A stretch of 64,000 nucleotides of DNA. It comes from Catajapyx aquilonaris. Its lineage: Eukaryota. The notes under the pieces are model-generated. The model was given only the letters and a program-made list of their open reading frames with translations. It was not told the DNA's origin and did no database searches. Shown in pieces: positions 51,700 through 64,000 of this stretch. The translations under genes were made by a program, and so were the position numbers. Location: the NCBI GenBank assembly GCA_000934665.2, contig KZ538455.1:1-64000 (forward strand). Direction: 5' to 3'. Each line of letters opens with the position of its first letter. Positions within the stretch are counted from its first letter, which is position 1.

Positions 51700-52075
51700 G
51701 AGTAAATTTATTTGTGCATTTATTTAATTTTTGTGTATATTTATTTATGTTTATTTATTTGAATTTATTAAATTTATTTTTGCATTTAATTTTTGTGTAT
51801 ATTTATTTGTTTATTTATTTGAATTTATAAAATTTATTAATACATTTATTTATTCACACATTTATTTAATTTTTGTGTATATTTATTTATGTTTATTTAT
51901 TTGAATTTATTAAATTTATTTATACATTTATTTATTCATACATTTATTTAATTTTTGTGTATATTTATTTATGTTTATTTATTTGAATTTATTAAATTTA
52001 TTTATACATTTATTTATTCATACATTTATTTAATTTTTGTGTACATTTATTTATGTTTTATTTATTTGTCATTTT
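51700..52075. repeat. AT-rich tandem repeat (~80-bp unit)
   Basis: Repeated CATTTATTTAATTTTTGTGTATATTTATTTATGTTTATTTATTTGAATTTATTAAAT blocks. Confidence 0.85.
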
Positions 52076-52360
52076 GCATTATTTATTATTATTATGTTGA
52101 GTTTTATACCTTTATTAATGTATTTTGTTATTAATTTATTAAATAATTAATTAATTTCAGATTTGATTGGATATTTTTATTTGTAGATCTTATTTTTATT
52201 AGTGTATGTAATTATTTATTTTTCTTGTAGCTCTCCTTATTTGATATTGTTTTATTTGTGATATATTTATCATTTTATTTATCATTATATATTTTACTTA
52301 TTGTTATATTGGTATCGAAATTTTTATTATATGCGTATAAAATAATGAATATGAAATATA

Positions 52361-52695
52361 CAGGGTGTCTCATTTTTTTGTCCGAACAGTTATCAGAAAA
52401 TTACGCGTAGCTGCTACTTTTAAGCAGTGACTTGTAACCGGTGATTCGGCGGAGAAATTGGGAGTGGGGAATGTGGGAAAAGATGGTCACACATCCCAGG
52501 GCATGTGTGACCCTCTTTTTTCCAGGCTTGACCCTCAATTTTCAGCGGGCAGCACGTCTGCCACGTCAACCTACGATTCGCAGGGAATATTCCCCGTTCC
52601 TCAGAAAAATCACCGTTTGCAAGTCACTGCTTAAAAAGTAGCAGCTACGCGCAATTTTCCGATAACTGTTCGGACAAAAAAGATGAGACACCCTG
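52361..52695. mobile_element. 335-bp Tc1/mariner-type MITE
   Basis: ~85-bp TIRs CAGGGTGTCTCATTTTTTTGTCCGAACAGTTATC... / ...GATAACTGTTCGGACAAAAAAGATGAGACACCCTG with TA TSD; related fragment at ~40295-40338. Confidence 0.9.
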
Positions 52696-55600
52696 TATAT
52701 AATAAATAATGAATAAAATAATAACCACGGGTTTAAAATAATAAATAATAAGCAATAAATAAATGATATTGTTTATTATTTTAAAGTTTATACTCATTAT
52801 TTTATACGTACGGTATTTAATTATTTTGATATTTGGTCACTCTTAGCTCGGTGACATGTCGTGATCGTGCAATGGTCCTGGTAATTGCAAGTGCAAATGA
52901 AACGGTAATGTAAAGCGAGTGCGGGCAAGGGAAGAGGGGCGGCCCCGGGGGTTATACGACGCAACTTCATCCCTTGCGCCCGTTAACTTCGACTACTTAA
53001 GATCAAGTGCGGGCTGAAGCCTTGAGCAGGAATTTTCCAATAAAGTTTCCGTGCAAAGTTGAGCGCGCAAAGTGGCGATGCAGAATGAAGGTTTCGTCGC
53101 CGTTATGAGAACATAGGGGGGGTGAAATGGAACTCATTACTCCTCCTCACCCCTTCCCTGCCCCCCCTTTTCCAGCCATCCAAAACCCTACCCCAGGTCC
53201 ACATATATATCCGGGTACAGTCACAATCCGGGAGGGGGGGAAGGCCTCGTGAGACCTTTCCATTTGTCAAGAGTCGCTCCGGTGTCGCCTTCATGCGTGT
53301 AATTGCACAGGACAACACGCGCATTGCTGTGTACATTGCGGACATATCTGTCATAATTTTTGCGACTGTCGAGGTCAGCCCCATCTGTCGTTGGCGTCGC
53401 TGAATTTGTGCAATTTTGACAACAGAGGGCAAAATCGCTGCTACTTGTGTAAAAAATAGCAGCGATCAGGTACTGTAAGCACAGAAATTGCAATTTTTTG
53501 AGCCCCAATTTTGCAGACGATAGTACTGTTATAATTTCGCGATAAATCAACCGTGACATATGCACTGCTGGATTTTCATGACGAGTGAGAGCCCTTGTGA
53601 CGTCAGTGGGGGACAGCTTTTGGCGTCGTGTTTTTTTATAGCGTTCGCACTGTTTCTGACAGCGGTTATGCAGGGTAATATTAAGTGGGCAAGTAATTAT
53701 GCCAAGGGTATGCCAAGTGCTATACGGTGGGCCTCACGCGAGGGGTTGAATTTATGGGCATGAAAGACGATACCTTGACAAGCACTTGGCACTCCATTCG
53801 TCGAAATTTGTGCCGCACACAAGAATATGGCGACGGGAAATGTGGTTTTTTATTATTTTAGGAAGCGCAATTAATCTTTTTGGCTTTTAGATTGAAAAAG
53901 AAAGCGTGCGAGGAATTTGTGTTTTTGTTTCGATGAAAGATTTGTAGTACCTGCAGGATAATAACGTACTGCGGTGGACTGTAAATAAACAGGGGGGCAA
54001 CATTTTGTGCCCATTTGTGCCCAAAAAGTGCGTTCCATTTTTTAAGCGTGCTGAGCCAATTTTCGGGACACCTAGAATGGGTTTTTGGGGCCTGTGCTTC
54101 AAATATGTATGACCTCCGACCGATACGGAATCGTACCTCTGAGAACACAAGTAGTCGTACCTGAAGTGCTTATCTGAGAGCACTTACTCGCATTCGGCTA
54201 TTTTTAAGAAAAACTACTGGGGGCATAGTACGAGCCACACGGATGCCCATAGTAAATAATAGATACAAAAGAGGCCGGACTATACTTAATTTATGGCGTC
54301 TCCGGGACAAAACGAGGTCATTCTACAAATTGAACCTTTTATTACCGTTTGTTAGGCCCGTTTTGATCATAATATTTTCAAGCACAATTTGCATCGTCTG
54401 ATAGCAACAACGCCACAAAAATCGCTGCTAAACAATAGCGACGAATGTCTTACTTATTCATCAGTAGCAGCGACTGATAGCAATTTATCGGTTTGAGATT
54501 GCAACTATTGTCTCGGAATGTACTGTAAAAATGTAAGTAGATTATTGTTCAATTTTTGGTTATACAGTATACTCAGCATATGTCCCATGCCCTCATATGG
54601 GGGTTTAAAGTAAATAAATTAACAAATTAATAAATCCATACCTATAAAAGGCGAAGTTTGTCTAGGTTTCATGAATGAATGACTAAACAAGCCGGCAAGA
54701 AAATAAATAAATAAATAAATAAATAAACAAACAAAATAATGGATTCATTATGTTTCTTGCCGCTAGAATGCGCTGCTGAACATGTCGCCATCTAGCGGGC
54801 AATACAGGAAACCTGGTTTTCTGCCAATTGTTTTGGCAGGCTCTGTACAATAAGGCAGGGAAAACGGGCCAATTTCGGGCTCGACACATAACGGGCATAA
54901 TTTGTGTCTGAATCCTTCGTAATTCCAGGTATCTATCGACCTCTTTACACTCACTAATTTGAAAGGGCTAGAGGGCTTTACTTCCCGGGCCCAAGATTGC
55001 TCCTGTCAGATAGTACACCTAGAACGTATGTCATTTGCATATCATACACATGCCGGCTATTTAGAGAGAGAGGGGGGGTATAGGGGGGGTTTGAAAGTGG
55101 GATGGTGGTAGGGGGGGGACTAGGGGCGGAAGTAGGGGTAATGATGTGGGGTTTGTGGCTAACGACAAATGGTAATTAGGGTTGACGTGTTGCCGTCTAG
55201 ATGTGGCGCTAACATGAAACGCGATTGTGTCTTCATCATAGGGGGTGTTTTGCACGAGTCGGAGGCGTAGCTCACTGAAATATTTGTCGGTGCGTAACGC
55301 ATCCGGCTTTTTAAAAAAAAAAAATTAATGAATTTATACAGCAATTTAGGACGCGATTTATCGACATACTGTACCGGTACATTCAATGTCTGGGCATGTA
55401 TAGGCTATTCGATCTATCGTCATATAATTATTGTTGCATGTATCTTATAAATTTAAAATACCATATCGGTATTGAAAAATCGTGCCTACCTGTTGGCTAT
55501 ACTTTTGTTAGGGAACTTTCAATCAGATTATGCCAAACATTTAAAGCAGTTTTTGAATCCCAATTTTCTACGCGTAAGTGATAGCACGTTCCATGTCCGT

Positions 55601-57927
55601 TTCATTGAATCGGATCGCATAAAGGGGGCCGTAGGTTGTTGGCTTTTCAGTCGGATTATTCTGATGAAGAGACTTTTTTCATGGAGTTTTGTTCGGACCA
55701 TTCTATCCAGGCTTTTATAAAATTTCAACAGCAGTAGTCACACGCAGCGAAGTGGAACCATTCATCAGTAGGCTTTACTGTACCAATGTTCGTTGCGCTT
55801 CGGCTGATATAAACTGATTTGTGTGGAATTAAAACGGTATAGAACTCCCAGAGGCCTACAATGATCACTTGCATTCCTGACACAGAGGTAGGCTCCTCCC
55901 AAAAAAATCTCCGCAGTGAATTATCAGGTGATCAATACATATCGAACAGTTATCAAATTGACGCCCTTTTTTTCTTCTAAGAAGTAGAATTTCTTAGCAT
56001 TCTTTTTTTTTCTCCCTCCAGTTTTCTTATTCTCGCTTCGGTGGAAATAAAAGAAAGTTTCTGCGTGCGTGTCTTTTCCAAATGAACTTTTTAAGGGAGG
56101 AGGAGGTAGAGGGAGAAAGGGGGGGGTTAGAAGCAATTTGGATACTGCGAAGTTCTGTAAACAGGTCCTGGCTTCTCGGATTAAGCGGAATTCGTGCGTC
56201 GCGCCCATGCGAGAAGCTCTCTTTTCGTAATTACGGACCTTCATTCACGAAAAAGACACCCGGGACGTTATTACTGCCTGGGAAAAATTTAAGCTAATAC
56301 TGCTACTCTCCTGTACAAAGCTAAGCCTCACATTAATGGCTATAAAAAAATATTAAGCATGCGAGCAAACTTGAACGGTTATTCACCCTCCATATAATCA
56401 CATGTGTATGTTTCAGCCTCAACAGAGTCTGAGAGCCCCAAAATGTCCTCTCTGTTCATCCAACTGTTTCTAGCTCTGTTTGTATTTCCAGCCTCCTCTA
56501 AACCCGCCTTCTCGATGTAATCCTGCTTACCAAACAACGATTGCGCGACTCAAACTCCCCCCCTCCTCCGACGGTGTGATTGATCCTGTGGTGACACCCT
56601 TCTAGACCGCCATTTTGGACTAAGCTAGAGACCGGCTTCTAATTCACCGGGGCTTCCTTGCCACATTCCTAACCGTGTTTTTAACGTTCCTTGGAACTCT
56701 GAGGAAGAGAGGGGGTGGAAAAAATACCAGGAGCCGAGGTAACAAATGGGTGCAATATTCTAGGGTGGGCTGGGTGTAATTTAACGCGCGGGTGAGATCT
56801 GCGCGCTGTGGCTTCCAATCCAATATTGTGACTTTAGGGGCAGAATTTTTTTTAAAAAGGGGGGAGAGTTAGACAATTATGTACCTACGGTGTTCTACAC
56901 CCCTGGAGATAGAAGTACTCGGACCGCTTGTGTTAACATAGCATTGGGGTAGGGGGGGAGGGGGCACCCTCCACTACGTCCTCTAAATTAGTGCCCTATT
57001 TACCTCCAGTGCAAATTCATTTACGAGGGGGGAGAAACCCAGGATCGATTCACCCACATCCAGCACCCACTCTTTTGGAAATCACGAGGAGCGTTATTTG
57101 CATTTCCAACTGGAAAGCAAAACGTGGGGGGGGGGGGGGGGGNTTTTTGGGGGGGGGGAGGGGGGCAAATGAAGTGGGTTGCATTGGATGTTATATTCAC
57201 ACCTGGAACGGGCATGAAAGGAAAATTTTTTTGAGCTGAAAGGACTGCTTAACCTGAATATCCACCACTTATCACAAAACTAAATATGTAAATAAATAAA
57301 TTCGGCAAAAAAGCGCGTATAAAATCGTGCAGATGACGACAAATCGATTTGTGTATTAACCACATTTTCATATGGATGTGTCCATTGCTAACTGGAGGTC
57401 TAACAATTTGAGGCCATTTCCTCAGAACGGTTATAGCGAAATTGAATTTACTAGTCTGACACAGGAAATGAAGGAAAAGTGGCGTGTTCCTCTCCTTCTC
57501 CAAAAAAGAGGGGGCTGTCATTGACGCTGGGGGCTTTTGAAAGTGAAACTAATGTTGTACACCGCTTTTCCTTATTAGGCCTTCAGAGGTTATAAACCCT
57601 GCTGATTGACTATTTTGGTGTGTCAAAGGGACGCCCCCCAAAGTTAAAAAGAAGGCCTGAACTTACTCCCATCAGAGCGAGCCTGGGCCCCAAAATTCAC
57701 TTAAGAGAGGTTCAACGTACCTGTGACCGAAATATCTCCACAAAATTTTGCATTTGCAACATGCTTTACTCCCTGCTTACATCACTCTAGTCTAGATGGC
57801 AATAGGGCTCTACATGCAGTATCGCGATTTACATATTGGTAATCAATACCGCATAAATATCGAATCTCATCGAAACTGTATCGCATATGTCGCACATCTA
57901 CTTCATGAAGTATTATATTGTTAGTAA

Positions 57928-58245
57928 TGTATGAAAAGATTTTATTAAAATTGTTAGTACAGTATATTAAAATGAACGTATGAAAAGATTTTATTGAAAT
58001 TGTAAGTAGGCTACAGTATATTAAAATGAACGCATGAAAAGATTTTATTAAAATTGTTATATTAACAGTATATATGAAAATATTTTTGTTACTAATGCGT
58101 TACTAATGTACGAAAATATTTTTATAATGTTACTAATGTATGAAAAGATTTTAATATGTATTAATTTTATGGAAATATTTTTATTTTGTATTAATTTTAT
58201 GAAAATATTTTTATTTTGTATTAATTTTATGAAAACATTTTAAAA
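57928..58245. repeat. Degenerate AT-rich minisatellite
   Basis: Repeated TATGAAAAGATTTTATT / GAAAATATTTTTAT units. Confidence 0.7.
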
Positions 58246-61200
58246 ATACGTGTAAATTAATTTTACGAATATATTTCATGATATTATATTACAAAGGGAC
58301 AATGTCACGCATTTCATAAAAATTTTCTGTACATGCACTTTTACAAAACGTGATAGCAGTAAATATTGGAATTTGACTTAATATTTGCCAATGTAATATT
58401 GGAGGGAAAATATCGAAGCTTCCTACCCATTCCCTGTAGGTGTCAGGGCGATCTGTACCCGCAGGGTTGCCACATAACCGGAATTTGCGTGCTGTAATTG
58501 TTTATGAAAATATTTCCGGTTAGGTCCGAGGCGGAAAGTAATAACCGTTATTGATGGCGAATGACTGGAATGATGGGAAATGGCGAGTGACTGAGGGCGG
58601 CTTGGGGATACGGGGATCGATGAAATTGCCGAGCTGGCAGAGAGAGAGAGAGACCCATCTCCTCCATCCCCCCCACCTCCCCACACCCTTCTTTTGAAGA
58701 CGGATTGAGGAAAATTGGATGCAACCGAGCAAAGTGGGTTCTTCTCTCTTCTTCCTCCTCCTCCTCCTCCTCCTGCTGCAGGGAGGAGGAAAGGGGGGGC
58801 TCTAATGAGCTTCCTTTTCACCGTGACCTTATGAGCCATCCAGTTCACTCTCCCGGCAGCAATATAAGTCCAAATCGGCCACGATTTGATTCTCCCGCGA
58901 GCAAGGAAGGCGGGGGAGGGAGTCTGGGAGTAAGGATTTCTGCGTCAGGCCTGATTGGGGAGGACGCTGTAAAGTGGCACAATCAAGCGGCCCAGTGGTT
59001 TTTGGACCGGTGTCAAGAAGCGGACTACTATTGTGTCCACTAGATTTAATTGCTGCCTGATTTTATTACGCGAGAGGCGAATTATCGGGCATGTAAGGAA
59101 ACAATGGCGCCAGTGGGGGTGACCACAAATTTTTTTTTGATTTGGAACACACTGCTGTACTGCCACGATGTGACCAGACGGTCAGTATTTTGAGACCACA
59201 GCATATTGTGACCTGTGTGCCAACTCTCAATAGCCTGAAAGTGGGTCAGGTAGCCCGAATATACTGTACTAACAAACTTTCCACTTTGTACAGTGTAATA
59301 TACGTCACCAAACCATTGTGTTGGTTCTATGATTACTATTTTTTTCTATATTTTTCGGTGGTTGTGTAAGCATCGCAATGCCAGCAAAGTGCGAACACCT
59401 TTCACTGCCATGTCGTGGGAAAATGAAAAATCCGAGACCTGCCGGTATATATGAAAGCCCGGAAATCCCAGACTGACGTTCCTTCAATATCCCCCCAAAA
59501 TGATATTCGATCCATGGCTCAATCCGCTCTAGTCAAGTCCAGCTACCTGTAAGTACAGACAGGCTTTTTTTTGCACTCTATTTTTTGTGTAACCGTAAAT
59601 ATGAACCGTTTTGCTCAACTTTAATCATCCAATATCCTCGCCTCCATTTTGTCTTGTCGTTTTCCTCTGAAAAAGCACTCCCCAGGGTGTGAATTATTAA
59701 TATCCGTCGGACAATACCATCGATGTAACCACCCCTCCCTCCCACGTTGTTGGGCCAACATTTTGGACCCCCCCGTTGTAGTGAGTGCCAATATAAAAGA
59801 CGAGACCCAGGGCGCACATCCGAGCCATCAAGTGATTCAGGCGACGACAAGTGGTAAGAACCTCTCTTTCGTCGCGATGCTCCATCAGGAAAGCAGCCTC
59901 CAGCCTTTGAAATGGGGTACCCGGATTCCCATTTTGCTCCCAGAGAAATTGAAGCTGACGCACCCCCCAAAAAAGTGGTGTATCACCGGTGTCACCGGAG
60001 GGGACAAAAAAATGGTGGGTGTCCTGAGGGACATTTTTGCAAATTTAGTCCTGCGGATATTTATTATCGAGACTCGCTAAGCTCGGCGGTGGGGGCTTCG
60101 TCTCCCCACATTGTTGGGCTTCGCCCCCGGGGTGAGTAGATGGTATTCCGCGCATATTTCCATTACCTTAATACTTTCTAGAGTAAAATAGAGAAAAACC
60201 AGTTTCTAGAAATGTTTGGAACAACTTCGCATCCGGAGTGGGTTTTACAGCGGCTCTCCATTCCGGTGGATAGCAATTTTGATTCCGAAGCTTCCTGAAA
60301 GTCGTATACTTTCCAATTCCATTTGTGAAGAGGAGCTAACATGTAAGTCATGCGGCTGAAGAGGAGTCGTAGAGAAAGAATTGGAGGATCACTGCCTAGG
60401 GTGGGGGGGGATCATTAGCGAATTGAGGCCCCCCCTCAAAGGGAGGTGCATCCTGTTTGGAAGCTTGACCTCTCCTGGCTTAAACCCCTCCCCACAAGTT
60501 CTTTTCTAGGAAGAAAACCTTTAGATAAGAAAAGGATTCGGTAGGGTTTTACCTTAATAGAATGGTTTTTTTTTTGTTGCGAAGATGGGCATATGTGTTG
60601 CATGCAATTGTTGGACCCTAGCACGTATCAAAGTCGAGGCGTAATTGATTTGGTTGCGGGCGAAATTGTGTGCTCGGATGCTTATCGGCATCACGGCTAA
60701 TGTAGTCTGATTGGACTAACTCGGAATGTGCACAGGCTGCCATGTTGATAGTTGTGATGCAGCAAGCCCAGAGCACCCTGGTTTTGCAGCTGATACCGGA
60801 CTCAGGGAAACAACAGATGGCTGGAACCAAGAAGAGAGCAGGGGGAAAAAAAAACTAAAAAATAAACGAAGCCAGGAGAGAGCTAGAGAGACCGAAATTG
60901 GAAATTTTAATGCCATTATGGATTCCTAGTGTAAGATGGCGGCGGGTCATCGGCACGGTGCCATCAGTAAATTAATGCGCAAAATTCGGAATCCCTAATT
61001 ATTTGGCAGATTTCGCCATATCTGCATAATATGCACTGTACGAGCCTCGCACCAGCATGGACGGCCCTAGGGAATATCAGCCAGGTTGTCCAATTAGCTA
61101 GACTGAAAATATCAGCTACTGGTACTTTTAAAATATTAGCTATAGATTGTAAAATTAACTATATCGTAAATTTTTTTAGCTATATACTTTAAAACACCAG

Positions 61201-61476
61201 GCTAGATTTAGTAGATTGTAAAATTAACTGGGGGGACTGGGGAGGGTAGAAGCGCCATCTATGGTTGCCGCAGATGAGACACAAAAGTTCATTTTTAAAT
61301 ATCATAAGTTTTGGGTATTTAGACTTTAAAAAGTGCGGATTTCGGACTTTTACCTGAATCAGCAGCATGTAAGACATCTGTGTGCCAAGTTTCAGAACTC
61401 TCAGAGTTGGGGAAGTGGGTTAGGTAGCCGTGATATACATGTATACAACCTTTCCCGTTTATATATGCAAGATAAA

Positions 61477-61746
61477 ACCGAAGCAGTGGCGGCGGAGGGG
61501 ATATGGTATTCGACTGCTAATCGGGAGGTCCTGGGTTCGAATCCCGGTGCCGGCAACTCTAACCGCGGCTTTCTGTGGTTTCCCACGGTTCCTCCAGGAG
61601 AATTCCGGAGTTGTTTCCTAAACTAATAGGCCACAGCCGCCTCCTTCCTTTCCTGTCCCAAAAAGCGCAGTAAAAACGAAAAAACGAAGAGTTCCAGTCA
61701 AAAAATATCCCCCCTAAAGAGCCACCGGTTGATAACGGGATATGAA

Positions 61747-61805
<59 letters not shown>
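61477..61805 (+). mobile_element. Full-length tRNA-derived SINE with (ATT)n tail and 15-bp TSD
   Basis: A-box-like GTGGCGGCGGAGGGG, B-box GGTTCGAATCC, body ...GGTTTCCC..CCAGGAGAATTCCGG..AGGCCACAGCCGCCTCCTTCC, ATT tail; TATATGCAAGATAAA at 61462-61476 and 61806-61820. Confidence 0.9.
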
Positions 61806-61810
<5 letters not shown>

Positions 61811-62278
61811 GCAAGATAAATATTAAATACGTATTAACATATTAGCTACATTGAAAAAATATTAACTGTGTTGAAAAATAGCTAAGTTGTAAAATATAAG
61901 CTGTAAATATTAGCCGTGTTAGAAGTAGCAGCCATCAACATTAGCAGGGTTGGAAATATCAGCTGTTAATATTAGTTTTCTAAATATTAGTTTTTAATAT
62001 TAGTTGGGGCGAAAAATTTTGGCTGGAGAAAAATATGGGCCCGAATCTTATGGACAACCTTTGCTGACTGATATATCATTGGTGTGGGGGCCACAGATGG
62101 AGCAAGATGGAGGGTCATGGTACCCTTCCCGTAGGGGTTATAGACGAGGGGTTTGAGAGGGTGAGGGGGGTTAGAATCGAGAGAAATCGATCAATATCGC
62201 ACGAGTTCGACGTTGGGGAGAAGCGAGAAGGTATATATATCGTATAAAGCTTGAAGGAATAAGGAGGGGGGGGGGGGG

Positions 62279-62386
62279 NNNNNNNNNNNNNNNNNNNNNN
62301 NNNNNNNNNNNNNNNNNNNNNNNNNNNNNNNNNNNNNNNNNNNNNNNNNNNNNNNNNNNNNNNNNNNNNNNNNNNNNNNNNNNNNN
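62279..62386. other. Assembly gap (N run) beside poly-G
   Basis: Run of n characters. Confidence 0.99.
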
Positions 62387-64000
62387 GGGGTGCGATTATC
62401 CAGCCGTGCGAGGAAGATGGCTTTCAGGTCCAAGCCCAAGATGAAATGGAGTTATAATAGAATATTCCAAGAGCCAAGATGGGATTTTCTTCAAGGGTGG
62501 TCTGGGGAGTTGGTGATTAGCATGATGCGGCTATGGACAGCCAGAGTCCGTGCACAAAGATGGCGCTTGCCTTCGCTCCGGTGCTTTTCGACTAGGGAGT
62601 AGGGAAAAGCTTAACACAAATCCGGGTTTTGTGACGGGATATTGCTTGCCCCCAACTTAGAGTCGGGTTCACGAGTAGTTACAGATTGTGAACTTTGCCA
62701 AAAAGTTGGCAACACTGCCCTGACTGGACATCTGACACATAGGTGGCTCATCCTCCTGCTCTGTACGCCAATGATGACTCACCGCGGACAAACAAGCACA
62801 GACCCAAGCAAATTTTCATATTATAATTTGCTCTCTAATTAATATTTGTTTTACTAATTTATTAAATATTTTTGCATAAATTATTTCGTCGAATACGGTT
62901 CACACAAATTGCAACCGGATTCTATTGGGAAGGAGAGGCTGATTTATTCGTCTGAGCAATGGCCCTACCCAGCAGCCAGATAATTCACACTAAAAAATGA
63001 CCGTTCCATGCAAAAAAATTCGCAACTCCAAAAAAAATTAGGTTATTAGCACGTCCTGCAATTTAGTACCAGGCCCCCGTCAACACTGTCCGTCACCTCT
63101 CATCTGGTAACCAAATCCAATTGTGTATTTATATTGCCAAAAAAGGCTTAATCCATCCGGATATTGGTTACCTACCCGCTGAATGTACACCGCCGGCATT
63201 GAATGTTAATGAATTCGCGAATAATGAGGATAATGCCTCAGCTTATTTTGAGGGGGGGGGGGGTTGGCTAAAAAAAACACATACACAATAGTAGCATGGA
63301 AGCAAACCCCGTACTTTTTTTTTGTTTTTGAAAGCCTCTCTCTCGTTATTCAGCAGCGATAACAGCACGTTGCAGGACCTCCCACCGATAAATAACTGGT
63401 CGCCTTGTTGACTTATGCAGATAATGCCGGCGAAGACAAATGGCGGTTGCCATTACGCGTGCGGTTGCATAGATTTGTCACCGATCTCCAAAAGCTATTT
63501 TGCACACAACAAAAAACAAATGGGGGTTCACACGAGCGTCTTTCGCGGTTCCATTTCGTCATATCTATAATAGTCGCTGCGTTTATACACTATATCAATC
63601 CATGTTAATAGAAGGGAAGAGAGGGTAAGAGGAGGGGGGGCACACTTTGCACAAAATCAGAGGAGTAGTGCCATCCTATATACAGCAATGGCATAATAAT
63701 ACCCGCTGGCTTAAGCGGGAATAGCACATCATTTCTCATTAGGAAACTTGCGAGGGACTCAAATTACAACGAGCCTTCCTTTCCACCTTGCCAAAAGTAG
63801 CCCCCAGCCATGCGGGGCCAAGTTGGGAGGCAAAAGGGGTGGTGGTAAGGACTTGCTTAGGAGATGAACGTCTCTTCAGGGAAGTTCAAGACTAACTCAA
63901 AATGAAGGGTTCAAAAAATTTCTCTAAAATTATGTTGGGCACTTTACGTACAAGTATGTATATGCGATTAAGCTAATATTTTTCATAACAATTTTTGTCC

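Noticed and set aside
61477..61555. tRNA gene
   Set aside because: Degenerate cloverleaf continuing into a SINE body, tail and TSD.
35500..64000. Numerous 60-210 aa ORFs (e.g. 43612..44244)
   Set aside because: No recognisable domains or consistent exon chains; compatible with chance ORFs in intronic DNA.

Overview
Eukaryotic, arthropod-like genomic DNA: short GT-AG introns, TATA/Inr promoters, MITEs, a tRNA-derived SINE, microsatellites and one N gap. The first ~25.5 kb is a dense, co-oriented minus-strand cluster of about 11 small-to-large genes that I assembled by hand from splice signals. The ORF track misses most of them. All encode predicted secreted, low-complexity proteins and share one plan: a 4-10 codon first exon, a phase-0 intron, a signal-peptide exon, usually a phase-1 intron, then repeat exons. 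The core is a paralogous family (exon 1 = MTSKI/MASKL/MASKL/MASKA) whose mature peptides run from Gly-rich GGGHY repeats (~25% His) to near poly-histidine (~78% His). Around it are proteins with casein-like SSSSSEE clusters, a Pro/Met-rich peptide, small peptide precursors, a Gly/Ser/Asn/Tyr-rich protein and a ~1250-aa block-charged protein. Together these suggest a co-expressed metal-binding extracellular material or defence secretion locus; function is inferred, not shown. At 34.9-35.4 kb (+) is the first coding exon of a SAMD5-like SAM-domain gene. The remaining ~28.5 kb has no recognisable coding sequence and is probably its first intron. All gene models are manual predictions without RNA or database support.
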